From assembly GCA_964019335.1 (NCBI GenBank), contig OZ025681.1, positions 248,001-312,000 on the forward strand: a DNA stretch of 64,000 bases. Direction: 5' to 3'. Made by a program: the position numbers and the translations under genes. This DNA is from Diplonema japonicum (Eukaryota > Protista > Euglenozoa: Diplonemea). Below the pieces are notes generated by a model, which saw only the letters and a list, made by a program, of their open reading frames with translations, was not told the DNA's origin and made no database searches. Within the stretch, counting starts at the first letter, position 1, and each line of letters starts with the position of its first letter. Of the stretch, positions 44,001-54,078 are shown piece by piece.

Positions 44001-46930
44001 TCACAGTCACCCCAATCTGCTTCCTTACCAGGACGGCACACGCCAGGCACTCTGACCCCGCCTTTCGACCCTGCAATGTCTGGGGTCATGATTATAATGT
44101 TCGCAACCTCTCTCTCCGGGAAACCTGCCGGCTTCTTCGGGCACAGCCACGTTTGCCACAGTGGTTCAAGACGACAGTCGTCGCACACATTCCACCAGTC
44201 CTTGTTCGAACCAACTATGGTAGGGCGGCCCTCTCCAGTCGCAGATCCGTCGAAGTCGATGAAGTTGAAGAAGCGAGAAGCACCGTTGTTCGCGATCTTC
44301 AGGCTGATGTACTGGCTGGGGTCCACATTTGTGTACTTTATGTTGTTCACTGCACTGATCTGCTGCGGTTTGAACTCGTCGGAATGAAAGAGCGCTGACC
44401 AGATGATGTTGTTGTGCGCATAGGCGTTGCCACCGGCGGCGCAGTAAGAGTCGTCAAATAAGTAGTTCGTCTTCCCTGGGATGGTCACCTTGCGGCATGT
44501 CCCCTGTTCGTAGTTTCGGAATTCCGTGTTCGTGATGACAGACTTGACGTTGACGTCGTAGAACTGGAAGCCGTCGTGGTGCAGGTCCGCCATCCCGATC
44601 TCGTCGTTCCCACTCACCCCGTTCACGATCGCATTCCCAAGCCACGCCTCGCCGAATATGGTCACAGCACGAGCAATGTCATGGAACTCGGCTTGTTCCA
44701 CCTCTACGCGTTGCCCCCAATGAAGCACCCCCACGTTGCAAGCGTACATCAAGGTGTTCTCCAGCTTTGTCCACACCTGCGTTCCTTCCCACCTCTGATA
44801 GCCAGGCTCCTTCTCAAGACGTGTGTTTCTGTTGATCATCCCTGATTCATAGCGCAGCTTCGTCCCCTCATACATCAACTCACCGCCGACATAAATGCAC
44901 CCACCAGCACTCCAGTAGGCCCCAGAAGAGTGTGCTGTGTTGCCGTAGAAACGTTTGAAGGGTCGGCTGCGTGGTTCGATCGTTGTGTCAGACTGGAACT
45001 CTCCAATGGGTTTTCCCAGGCCAGGGAAGCCGAAACCAGACCAACCACCAGAGGCCACGTTGCCAATAATATCGTTGTATGAGTTGGAGAAATAAAACCC
45101 AGCTGCGGATGAGTCCACTGGCTGGATGCGCTGACCAGAGGTGAGACCCCCAGCCCCAACATCCTCCATGACAACCTCACCACTTTGCCCACCGCCAGCG
45201 GCAGCCGCACCAATTGGCTTCACATAAGCAGCAAGGTTGTAGCTCACAGTGTTGTTCTCCTCGACCCCGTCCTCCACGTAGAAGCAGTTGCCTGTGGCGT
45301 TGAAGGCTACGTTCTCTGTCTCCAGGACCTCGTGGGTCCCGTGGATCACGAAGCACCTGAAGTACGTGTCCCTCGCCACGTTGTCAGAGAAGAAGGACCC
45401 CGACCCTGCCCCGAGGAGATGGAAGTGGAACGGGTAGCGTGCCATCGTGTTGGTCTGCCCCATGTAGCGGGTCGCCACACCGGCGAAGCGCCCACGAGAC
45501 CCTGCGACGATGGTGTGGCCCCCGTACCCCTCTGCGTCGGGAACCCCCTCCATCATCACGTGCCTGCTGAGGAGCCCGACCTCCCCTTGGTACTCGGTCC
45601 CTGCGTAGTGGGCGTACTGCAGCGGTGACTCGAACTGAATCAGCATCCCGTCGGGGCTCACAGCCTTGATCGTCATCACCTCGTTCTGGTTGGGCTGCCC
45701 GACATCTGTGTCGTCCCAGATCGTCGTCGTCAGCACCACCTCCTGCCCAGGGTACCAGTTCACCGACTGCTGCAGGTAGGCCCTGTCATCCCCTGCCCGC
45801 GCCTTCCTCGCAAGCCGTGCCCACGTCGGGTAGAAGCGCCTCCCGAACATGTCGATCTCCCCGCTCCCCACAGCAGCCATCCCCTTGCTCCCGTAGGTCT
45901 CCAGGTGAGATGCGGGGTCCCCCTTCGTCCCCCAGAAGGTGATCTTCACGGGGCCCTCCACCCTGCAGGTCGGGGCGCCGATCCGAAGCTTTCCCTTCAC
46001 CAAGAGGGCCCGTACCTGCAGCGAGATCTCCTCGTCCTTGAAGATGAGCTCAGAGGTGTCGGGGATCTCAATCTTGTCGTACTGCCCCACGAAGGAATCC
46101 TTCCCGACCACCACCTTCGTGTTTCCAGGGATTGTCAGGGACCCGGTGGCCGCCCCGAACTGTGCCTCCCAGGTCACGAGCCCAGGCTCCGTCCAAGGGC
46201 AGGCCGTTTGCGAGGTGAGCTCTGCAGCAGGCGGCGCAGGTGGCTGCACCATCACGAACTTCTCGCTGAAGGAAGGGAGCGTGGGGGGAGCGGCCTTCGA
46301 CTCAGCGTTCCTGTTCAAGCAAAAGTCCGTGAACGAGAAGTGCGTCTCCTTTGTCGGGCGCGCTGAGAGGTAGAACCGCACCCAGATCGACGAGGCCGCA
46401 TTGTCGAAGTTCACCTGCGACGTCCATGTCTGCTCGTAGCGGAACCACCCACTCCCGATGTCTGTCTTGGTGAAGGGTGTCTCCACCCCGCCGATCACGT
46501 TCTCCGGCTTATCCTGTGTGTAGTTCTTCGGCCAGATGACGTCCTTCGTGTAGGTGGTCTCCATCCCCTGCTTGAAGAGGACAAGCTGCGGCTCGAATGC
46601 GAGGTTCGGGTCCTCCTCCCCGGACAGCTTCATGTCGAAGGTGATGGAGTACGACATGCCCTTCTTGAAAGTGGGGATGGTCGCCGTGTACTTCAGGTAC
46701 ATGTACCAGTCCCCCCAGGCACGGATGGTGAAGGTGCTCATCGTGGAGTTGACTTCTTGCTTGTGCCCCCCTGCAGCCCAGTCGCTCCCCCCTTGAATGG
46801 GGGTGTACTCACGGCCGCATGTGGACTCACCTTCAATCTCGATGCTGGCAGGGATCGCGGGGCTTGGGGGTGTGGGGAACTGTGCAGCCGCGGAGGTAGC
46901 AAGCAGCACCGCCGCAAGAGGGCGGAACAT
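41018..46930 (-). CDS. G8-domain surface protein, paralog B (1970 aa)
   Basis: Paralog of 32711..37990 with a longer stalk and a different cytoplasmic tail. Confidence 0.88.
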   Translation of the reverse strand: MFRPLAAVLLATSAAAQFPTPPSPAIPASIEIEGESTCGREYTPIQGGSDWAAGGHKQEVNSTMSTFTIRAWGDWYMYLKYTATIPTFKKGMSYSITFDMKLSGEEDPNLAFEPQLVLFKQGMETTYTKDVIWPKNYTQDKPENVIGGVETPFTKTDIGSGWFRYEQTWTSQVNFDNAASSIWVRFYLSARPTKETHFSFTDFCLNRNAESKAAPPTLPSFSEKFVMVQPPAPPAAELTSQTACPWTEPGLVTWEAQFGAATGSLTIPGNTKVVVGKDSFVGQYDKIEIPDTSELIFKDEEISLQVRALLVKGKLRIGAPTCRVEGPVKITFWGTKGDPASHLETYGSKGMAAVGSGEIDMFGRRFYPTWARLARKARAGDDRAYLQQSVNWYPGQEVVLTTTIWDDTDVGQPNQNEVMTIKAVSPDGMLIQFESPLQYAHYAGTEYQGEVGLLSRHVMMEGVPDAEGYGGHTIVAGSRGRFAGVATRYMGQTNTMARYPFHFHLLGAGSGSFFSDNVARDTYFRCFVIHGTHEVLETENVAFNATGNCFYVEDGVEENNTVSYNLAAYVKPIGAAAAGGGQSGEVVMEDVGAGGLTSGQRIQPVDSSAAGFYFSNSYNDIIGNVASGGWSGFGFPGLGKPIGEFQSDTTIEPRSRPFKRFYGNTAHSSGAYWSAGGCIYVGGELMYEGTKLRYESGMINRNTRLEKEPGYQRWEGTQVWTKLENTLMYACNVGVLHWGQRVEVEQAEFHDIARAVTIFGEAWLGNAIVNGVSGNDEIGMADLHHDGFQFYDVNVKSVITNTEFRNYEQGTCRKVTIPGKTNYLFDDSYCAAGGNAYAHNNIIWSALFHSDEFKPQQISAVNNIKYTNVDPSQYISLKIANNGASRFFNFIDFDGSATGEGRPTIVGSNKDWWNVCDDCRLEPLWQTWLCPKKPAGFPEREVANIIIMTPDIAGSKGGVRVPGVCRPGKEADWGDCDVGYIALWGHGPDHGDALRSSPITQNAGITGIAGTGWFLALDGGAAKHLTISPAQVPNGAPLRFAATYPSGTTFTVKGSHRWNTPLDMTYTLATDLADLWANPHTKYFFDGENLILMLKKSTGMADSSKFERDNTWVYDVDKDWTITIQASCTANGDGFCSVTHKIPAWTEGCPTSPAPDTLAPAVPTTSPDTVTPTAVPTNAPDTTVPTAVPTNAPDTVTPTAVPTGAPDTVIPTSTPTGAPDTSVPTAIPTTSPVTTVPTAMPSNAPDTTTPTASPTNAPDTAGPTAVPTTAPDTGAPATTAPATAVPTGAPSTTAPDTLSPGKTAEPTAVPTTAPDTAEPTAEPTGAPVTTSPVTQPPVTAVPTAMPTAVPTSAPSTAVPTAIPTSSPDTTVPTASPTNAPDTAEPTAVPTTAPDTGVPATTAPATAVPTGAPSTTAPDTLSPGKTAEPTAVPTTAPDTAEPTAIPTAEPTGSPATTSPVTQSPVTAVPTSAPETVTPTAMPTSAPVTAVPTAMPTGAPDTAVPTAIPTSSPDTTVPTASPTNAPDTAGPTAVPTTAPNTAAPTAVPTTAPNTAVPTATPTSAPSTAVPTAEPTEAPATNAPTTLVPGKTAEPTAVPTTAPDTAVPTATPTSAPSTAVPTATPTAEPTGAPVTDAPTTLVPGKTAEPTAVPTTAPDTAIPTGTPTLTPTAEPTGAPKTEVPATLSPGDTAVPTATPTTSPDTAGPTGVPSGSPVTKTPTTLSPGDTASPTAAPTQAPSTATPTAGPTGAPATLVPGQSAVPTATPTQAPETGAPATLVPGTTAVPTSTPTSAPNTGAPATLVPGTTAVPTATPTQAPETGAPATLVPGTTAVPTSTPTASPTATRAPETAEPGVGNAMTPAPDVGCDGLGEGARCVLDGVEGACDRKGVCVKGGTALEPEEEDDDGSSGIPWWVWLLVALGVLCMCMVGALAAMKKRKRDTEIDLGQFLSVLEGPEMAAMGKTGPNELVRV

Positions 46931-47048
46931 GTGTGTGCAACGGTGGAATCTGTGAGGAGTGAAGTAAACAGGAAGAAGGGAAAAAAAGAATATGCAGACG
47001 ACGTATGACGAATGGGTTGATATGATGGTTTAAATATGACCACTATGA

Positions 47049-47216
47049 CTATGCCTCTTCTTCTTCTTCTTCCTCCTCTTCTTCGTCGTCCCCACCGTCC
47101 TCCATCTCTTCACCTTCTTCCATCTCCTCTCCTTCTTCCATCTCTTCATCTTCTTCTTCTTCGTCTTCTTCCTCAGCCTCTGGACCCACTCCGTCCTTGT
47201 CTTGTACTCTGTGCAT
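47049..47216 (-). CDS. Possible ~55-aa hyper-acidic mini-ORF or gene remnant (MHRVQDKDGVGPEAEEED...EEEA)
   Basis: GAA/GAG/GAT-rich open frame, also open ~20 codons further upstream. Below the ORF-track length cutoff. Confidence 0.3.
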   Translation of the reverse strand: MHRVQDKDGVGPEAEEEDEEEEDEEMEEGEEMEEGEEMEDGGDDEEEEEEEEEEA

Positions 47217-47506
47217 GAGTTCCGCCACTGCGCTGTCTAGTGCAATGAAAAGGGCCTCAGTGAATGTGCCATAGCTATTTTTTTTTTATATTAATATTAT
47301 GAAATACTGTAAAACCGATCAAGTCCGAACGGAAAAAAAAAAACAATTCAGGTCCGGAGAGGGAAGGATTAAGGGTTCGGGTCTTTATGCGGTTCGGTAC
47401 TTTTCGCCTTAAAAGCCATCGTCTTCCCAGTTCTAGGCAGAGAAGTCGTGGGTAGGGGGCAGGGCGGTAGGGGGTAGGGTAGGTGCCAACGAATGATACG
47501 AAAATG

Positions 47507-48346
47507 TTAAAGGACAGGAACAGTATCCCTCACATCGACGCCTGCCACTTCAGGGGGAGTGGAGACCTTGGTGTTCGATGTGTAAGCGAACCTATAACCG
47601 ATAAGTCCTTCCTGGGTTGTACTTGCCATGTCGACCGGGTACATGTTCTTATCTGTCATAAGGCGTGGTGTGGCATAAAAGGAAAAGAGATCACGGACGT
47701 AGCAAGCAACGGCGTCCCCCCCCAAAGAAGTTCCGGTCCACGGAGCTCTCCGGAGCTTTCCGGTAATTCTTCCTTTCGGAATTAATTGTTTTACAGTATT
47801 GGAATTATTCGGACCCCCCCTTTTTATATTTTTCTTCTTTCTTTTCTCGTTTGTTCTTTGTTCATACCCAAGACCTACTGCGTCGGTTGGTTTTCTCCCC
47901 CAGATGAAGATCTCCCATTTCTGCCCCTTCACCCCCATGCTCCCGTACCTCGCCTTTCTTCCCGTGACCAGGGGCTCTCTGCCCAAGGCGTCCTTCATCA
48001 GCTTCCAGAGGTCCTCGGTCTTTTTGTAAAGCTCAGCCTTTCCAGTAGGGTTCTCCTTTGTTATTCTGGGTAGGGTCTTCGCTAGCCACTTCTTACGAAG
48101 CTTGGCCATGGCGGAGCCCTGGAGAGGCTCGGTGGGGTGCGGCTTTGCGGAAATGTCGACGGCGGCGCCTCCAGAGCTACCCTTCTGCTTGACGACCTTC
48201 TTTTCCTGCGATACCTTGTATTTCTTAGCTCCCAGCTGCATGGGAGTGAGCCCTTCCTCATGGCCCCTCACTCTCTTTAAGCTTGGTGCCGCCACAGATA
48301 CAGGCACCTTGGCCTTCAAACGGAATCGCTTAGCGGTCGCTGACAT
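47507..48346 (-). CDS. Hypothetical basic protein (279 aa)
   Basis: Lys/Arg-rich ORF, no recognised domain; may contain cis introns. Confidence 0.55.
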   Translation of the reverse strand: MSATAKRFRLKAKVPVSVAAPSLKRVRGHEEGLTPMQLGAKKYKVSQEKKVVKQKGSSGGAAVDISAKPHPTEPLQGSAMAKLRKKWLAKTLPRITKENPTGKAELYKKTEDLWKLMKDALGREPLVTGRKARYGSMGVKGQKWEIFIWGRKPTDAVGLGYEQRTNEKRKKKNIKRGGPNNSNTVKQLIPKGRITGKLRRAPWTGTSLGGDAVACYVRDLFSFYATPRLMTDKNMYPVDMASTTQEGLIGYRFAYTSNTKVSTPPEVAGVDVRDTVPVL

Positions 48347-48566
48347 GTTAACTGAAAACCTTTAAGAAATAATCTTCTTTTGTAAAGAATACAGCCAACC
48401 ATTGCAATAATAACAATAAACTAGGGGGGGGGGGGGCGTAAGTAATATAAAACAGATTCTTTTTTTTCTCTTTTTTTTGTTTCTTTTTCTTTTTTCTTCT
48501 TTTTGCACTTACTAAAAAGGGCAGGCCTCGCCTGTTTTCTCTTTTTTTCTTGCTAAGATGCTTTTG

Positions 48567-48606
<40 letters not shown>

Positions 48607-48705
48607 CACGTTATATGAATGCACTCAGGATTGGAAAAAAAAAGAAGAGAAAAAAAAAAAAAAAAAAAAAAAGAGAATTTCTTTGTCCCTTATAGGCCGA
48701 AAGTC

Positions 48706-49158
48706 TCAGTAGCGAACAACATTGTACTGAGGCTGGTGGGGATAAAGCGGATTTCCCGTGGGGGGCTGATAGTACATTGCCTGAGTCCCCATGTTAGGAG
48801 GCATCGGCTGGTAGACAGGAACAGTACTCAGTGGGTAAGCGGTGTTGGCGGTGTCTTGGTTCTGCCGTTTCCGAGCCTGTCGGGCTGCAATGTACATACA
48901 GGTTCCGAAGGCTACAAGCCCCCCTGTCACCCAAAACACAATACTGTAAACATATCTATCGTTCTCCCTAGAAGGAGCACGGGTAGGCGGAGAGGAGGTA
49001 GAAGGAGATGGAGTAGCTGGCGAAGCTGTGTCATCGCCCCCTACTGGGGCTGTGATCGTTGAGGTGCTGTTGTCGTCATCCCCGAGCACCGAAACCCCCC
49101 TTGCTACCTGAGCACTGAAGGAGATGAGAAGGAAAACGGCAGTTGTTGATTTCAACAT
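48706..49158 (-). CDS. Small single-pass membrane protein with S/T/P ectodomain and Tyr/Pro-rich tail (150 aa)
   Basis: Signal peptide MLKSTTAVFLL, TM YVYSIVFWVTGGLVAFGTCMYIAA, basic stop-transfer, YQP/YYQPP tail. Confidence 0.7.
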   Translation of the reverse strand: MLKSTTAVFLLISFSAQVARGVSVLGDDDNSTSTITAPVGGDDTASPATPSPSTSSPPTRAPSRENDRYVYSIVFWVTGGLVAFGTCMYIAARQARKRQNQDTANTAYPLSTVPVYQPMPPNMGTQAMYYQPPTGNPLYPHQPQYNVVRY

Positions 49159-50180
49159 ATGTTTTTTGGTGCCACCTCTCCCCCCTCCCCCCACCCCCTT
49201 CCTTTTTTCTTTTTTTTATCCACTGTATTAAGTGTAAAGCGAAAAATCCCGAAAGGAAACGGCTATGTAAAGGTAAACACTGCCAGAGGGACCGAACGAA
49301 AGGTGCCTCGCGAAGATGCGGGGAGGCGGCAACGATCATGGCGGAGGACGACGGCCTCGCCAAGGATGATGTCATGCACCGGACAAACGCCTCTGGAATG
49401 CCCGTGCACGTGCTCGGCTGAAGGCTGGGGCTCCTCAAGAACTTGAACCCCCTATTTATTTGGGGTTTTTGAAGATACTTACTCTTTTGGGGCTTTAGAA
49501 GGAAAGCGATGCTCGTCACTGAAATTAGACAGCTGGAACTCAGCCCTATTCTCACAGCAGAGCGCAGAGCGAAGGAGCGTTAGATCTACGCAGAACGACA
49601 ACAGCTGTTTACGCAGATGTCATGGGGAAAAAAAGATTCAGCCTTAACGAAGACAGGTCTGTTTCCCACCCCGAGAAAAAAAACGCGGGTGCTTTTCTCT
49701 TCCGGATTTCTTCGTTTTACGTGTTGGTTTAATATGACATTCAAAAGAACAATAAATAGACAAGAGAAGGCAGGGAACAATGGGTTTCAAAAAAAAAAAA
49801 AGAAAAAAACACATGGTCGCCGTAAAAAAGATAAATTGCCGTTGGAGAAAAACACAAAAAAGAAAAAAAAAAAACCTCACCTCATTCTCATTTTGCATAA
49901 ATCATACAATCTTTTCTTTTTTTTTTTATTTCTTTCTTTTCTTTTTCATTCAAGAAAGAATCGGTAAATGGGGGGGGGACGGTGGGGAGAGAAGAAGAAA
50001 AGAGGAACGAGGAGAAGAAGAGGAAAAAAAAAAAAGAGTTATAACCAACGGCTTCTCAGGCAAAAAAAAAAAAAAAAAGAACGGGGACTGGAAAAAAAAA
50101 AAAGAAATCTAAAGGTCACTCCAAACATAGGAGGAGGGGGACATTGGGGGGATTCATTACACTTTCTTTCTTTTTCCCTC

Positions 50181-50969
50181 CTACTCGTCCGTGAACTTAA
50201 CCGAGTACCTCTTCTGCATATCGGGCACCTTAGCAAGTACCTTCGAAAAGTCCGCAGCCGTAAGCTCCAACTTATTCTCAACATTAACAGACGCGAAGAT
50301 CCTAGTCGCCATTGAATTACACGCTTCCCGTAGATTGGGGATTTCCTCGTTGGTGATGTCTGGACGGGCAAATTTCGGTGTAGGAAACGACCCTTTAGGC
50401 CAACCAGGACGGACCTTGGGACCCACAGGGTCCTGGAACAATGTAGCTTCGGCAGCTAAACACCATAAATCACGAAGCCCTGTGGTGACTTCCAACAGAG
50501 CGCGAATGTCTTCCTCACGAATATTTCCACTGCCATCGAAATCGAATAGCCGGTAGGCGACCTCGGATTTTATTTGAGGTGGGGCGTCTTGGTTTAAACA
50601 AGATGCCATGGTGACGAATGCGTCAAAACTCATGCCTTCTTCGTTGTCCCTGAAGATCTCGTACACGCGCGGGGCGAATGGATTGCAGTTGAACCACGGC
50701 ATCAACAGAAACTGTTGCAGCCGGAGCAGTTTGGTTCCTCTGTCCCCTTCGTCTCCGTACCATACCTTAGGATCGCTGGTACAGTCCTCCTTCGGGAGCT
50801 CCGCGTCTTCAAGAACCTCTGGAATACCCAACGGATCCGTCGCAAGAGTAAACCTCACAAACTCCCTGTACAGAACCTTCAGCTCCGTCTCGCTCACATA
50901 CAACGCAGACGTTTTAATGTCAAGCGTGTCCTGCTTCAAGGGGAACCGCTTTGAAAAACAATCGCCCAT
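50181..50969 (-). CDS. CIB/calcineurin-B-like EF-hand protein, probably N-myristoylated (262 aa)
   Basis: MGDCFSK; NPFAPRVYEIF; KSEVAYRLFDFDGSGNIREEDI EF-hand. Confidence 0.82.
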   Translation of the reverse strand: MGDCFSKRFPLKQDTLDIKTSALYVSETELKVLYREFVRFTLATDPLGIPEVLEDAELPKEDCTSDPKVWYGDEGDRGTKLLRLQQFLLMPWFNCNPFAPRVYEIFRDNEEGMSFDAFVTMASCLNQDAPPQIKSEVAYRLFDFDGSGNIREEDIRALLEVTTGLRDLWCLAAEATLFQDPVGPKVRPGWPKGSFPTPKFARPDITNEEIPNLREACNSMATRIFASVNVENKLELTAADFSKVLAKVPDMQKRYSVKFTDE

Positions 50970-51053
50970 TTTTTTTTTTTCTCTTTTTTTTTCCCCCCCT
51001 TCTTTCTTGGTGTTGGGGAATTAAAAAAACGAAAAAAATAAAAATAAACGACA

Positions 51054-53216
51054 CTAGTAATACCGATACACGGCGGGGTCATATTCAGTGGGCTCGTATC
51101 GTGTGTAAGGATAGACGGCATACTCCTCTTCAGAATACACGTTCTGCTTCTCGCTTTGAAGGTGATAGTAATCAATTTCATCAGGAGCGTCGTAACCTTG
51201 ATAGTAAGGGTGTGTACTTTTGAGGGGTTCTGTGGGGCCGTATTCGGCAGGCCAGTCATATGAGGGGGGTTTTTGGTGGTGCGGAGTGGCTTCACGCTGC
51301 AAAGCACGCTGGAGACGTTCTTCATGTGAGAGAGTGGTGTCGTCGAAGGAGTTTTGATTGGGTTTGTTAACGTCCCAGTGGGTGTCCTCGATGGTTTCAA
51401 GCACACCCTCAACGGAGGAACGCGAACCTGCGTTTTTGAAACACGGCAGGACGATGCTGTCCCACATCTCCTGAGGGCAGTGTTCCGGGCGGTCGAGTAT
51501 CCCGCCGTTTTGAACGAAACCCCACACTTCTTTTTGCGTTTTGTTCAGGTAGTAATAAGGATGCCTCCCTCCCGAGAACAATTCCCACATCAAAACTCCA
51601 AACGACCACACATCGTAACCAGTTGTTGCCTTCCGTGTGTCAGGTTTCACAGCCAACGCTTCAGGCGGTGCCCAGAGAATCGCGATTTTAGGACGGATTT
51701 CATCAACACGACAGGCTAGACCGAAATCGCCTAGCTTCCATGACCCATCACGGGACACAAGGACATTACGAGCAGCAATATCGTAATGGCACCGCTCATT
51801 GGCGTGGAGGTACAGAAGGGCCTTCCCGATTTGCGTTGTCACACCAAGGAATACCTTGGGGGTCGCGGGGCCAGATTTTCGGAGAACCTTGTCCAAGGAT
51901 CCCACGCACAGTTCGGTGATCATGTACAGTGCGTTGGTCACGCTGTTGACGCCGAACCCGAAGAACGTAAGAACCGCATTGCAGCGTGCTGTGTGCAACT
52001 CGGCGATCTCCCTTTGAAACTCTGCTCTTTGGAATCTGTACAATACTGTCTCGGAAGGCTTCAGTTCCTTCACCGCGACGTCCGCACGAATGGCTTCATA
52101 CCTGGCGCAGTACACCCTCCCGAAGGATCCGATTCCTATCTCCTTCCACGACGACGGGTCCAAAACCTCAAGTTCGATTTTTGAAGATCCTATCAACGGT
52201 GGTGCGGCAAACGGGCGGAGATACGACGCGGCGTGCTGTGCGCCGGGGATGTTCTTCTTCGCGCAATCCAGCGCGAGGTGGTACGGGGTTTGGTTGGCGG
52301 CGTTGGTGAGGTTCGGGTCGCAGTTGTGCTCGAGAAGCACCTTTAACAGCCTCGGGGAATGCCCGTACGTCCTCACCGCGATGTGGAAAGGCGTGTTCTC
52401 ATAGTCATCTACCTTCGTTATCCCTGCCGGGTACGCTTTGATCCACGGAAGCAAAATAGCCATCAATGTATCATCATCCGTTGTTTTTCGAAACCGGTGT
52501 GGTGCGGCGGCATTGAACAACGCGTGGAAAAGATTCCCTCCTAAGTCTTCTCCAACATCAACGCGTGCACCATGTGACAAAAGGAAATCCGAGAGTTCGG
52601 GTAAGAACCCCAGCCCGCTGATGGCCCAGTACAGAGTTGAGAATGAAGTGGGGCCGTATCCGAGATTGACGTCTGCTCCGCAAGCGATAAGCTCTTCCAT
52701 GAACCGGAAAGGTCGCTGCCAGTCCTTTATCGAAGGGTAACGCTGGCAGAGGACGTCTAAGGCAGTCATCTTGGAGGTGTTTCTTAGATTTACATCCGCG
52801 CCAACTTCTGATAGATATCTTATTACAGCAACTACGCCTTCAACGGACATTGTCGACCATGCGTGTTGTTGGATGTACTCGAGTAGTATGGTGCTGCCGT
52901 TCGCGTTGAGGAGGTCGTTGGGGCCTACCTCGCTTGGGCATATTGCTTTTATTGCGGTTGCATTGCCTTGGCGGACTGCCTCCATGGTCTTCATGTAGGT
53001 TTTTGTGTTTGTTTTTATGAGGGACTTCGGGTGGTCCATCTTCCCGCCTATTGCAGTCTCCATCAGCATGTTGTTTTGATCGATGCAGTTCTGCTCCTGG
53101 ATGTCGGACACTGTTTTCATGAGCTTCTCACTGATCTTGTCCTTGAGCCTTTCGATCTCGTCCGGTGTTGTCCCTGGAACGGGGTTTCCATCCGCTGCAC
53201 CTTCTTCCTCACTCAT
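51054..53216 (-). CDS. Ankyrin-repeat protein kinase with tyrosine-kinase signature and Tyr-rich tail (720 aa)
   Basis: GIGSFGRV, VAVKEL, HYDIAARN, DFG, ILWAPPE, DVWSFGVLMWELFSGGRHPY, RPEHCP; ankyrin cores TALDV, TPFHIAV, TPYHLA. Confidence 0.88.
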   Translation of the reverse strand: MSEEEGAADGNPVPGTTPDEIERLKDKISEKLMKTVSDIQEQNCIDQNNMLMETAIGGKMDHPKSLIKTNTKTYMKTMEAVRQGNATAIKAICPSEVGPNDLLNANGSTILLEYIQQHAWSTMSVEGVVAVIRYLSEVGADVNLRNTSKMTALDVLCQRYPSIKDWQRPFRFMEELIACGADVNLGYGPTSFSTLYWAISGLGFLPELSDFLLSHGARVDVGEDLGGNLFHALFNAAAPHRFRKTTDDDTLMAILLPWIKAYPAGITKVDDYENTPFHIAVRTYGHSPRLLKVLLEHNCDPNLTNAANQTPYHLALDCAKKNIPGAQHAASYLRPFAAPPLIGSSKIELEVLDPSSWKEIGIGSFGRVYCARYEAIRADVAVKELKPSETVLYRFQRAEFQREIAELHTARCNAVLTFFGFGVNSVTNALYMITELCVGSLDKVLRKSGPATPKVFLGVTTQIGKALLYLHANERCHYDIAARNVLVSRDGSWKLGDFGLACRVDEIRPKIAILWAPPEALAVKPDTRKATTGYDVWSFGVLMWELFSGGRHPYYYLNKTQKEVWGFVQNGGILDRPEHCPQEMWDSIVLPCFKNAGSRSSVEGVLETIEDTHWDVNKPNQNSFDDTTLSHEERLQRALQREATPHHQKPPSYDWPAEYGPTEPLKSTHPYYQGYDAPDEIDYYHLQSEKQNVYSEEEYAVYPYTRYEPTEYDPAVYRYY

Positions 53217-54078
53217 ATTGTTTTTTTTTTTTTTTTTTTTTTAATGCTGTAAAGGAGGTGACAAAATGTCCAGATTGGTAAACTCCCCTGATAGACACGT
53301 TTGCCCAGACCCTTGAAACTATATATATGATATGAAGTGCCACCGATGTCATTGAGTTCTCTCTTCTGAAACGAGCACTGTATCTGCTGCTTCTTCGTTT
53401 GGAATGAGCTTTCTGCCATCAACCTCCTCTGTTCAGATGTTCCCACCTAGCAAAAGCTGGATACCGTTGCCCGTAAGCCAAGGCCTTTCAAGATTCCCGG
53501 ACTCGAAAAAAAGAGTCGGCTGATTGTTTGTGCAAGCCGGAACAATTCTTTTCAAAATTTGTTTACTTGCAAAAAAGTTTTTGAAGTAAAAAAAAAAAGT
53601 AAATAAAAAAATAAAAAATAAATAAAGAAAAATAAAATATAGGGGTAAAGGAGGCCCCCCGTATCCTAGAAAAAAAAAAAAAGAAAGGTGTCGTTCGGAA
53701 AGTGCGTGCAACTCTACCCGACAAAAAGGTAAGAGAGAGAAAACAAATTAACAGTAACAGGGGGAGGGAGCCTTGAAAAGAGATTGTTAGGAGCTACGTC
53801 CTATTCATCCTTTCTTAGAACTCGGTTTAAAGAAGAAGAAAAAAAAGAGCTAAAACAGTCTATATATTTGTTGTTGCATAGGATACTATGTATCATATGT
53901 CTTTTTCATTTGGGGAAAGCAAAACCGTCCAGTTTCGGGTTGAGAGGTTTTTTTTTGGGGGGGTATTTCTCTTTTTCTTCTTCTTTCGTTTGTTTTCATT
54001 CATCTGGATAACATGGTGATGAGGAAGGCTTTGGGCTGTTGAGCTACCCCAAATGGGATAGGGTCATCTTCCCTTCAC

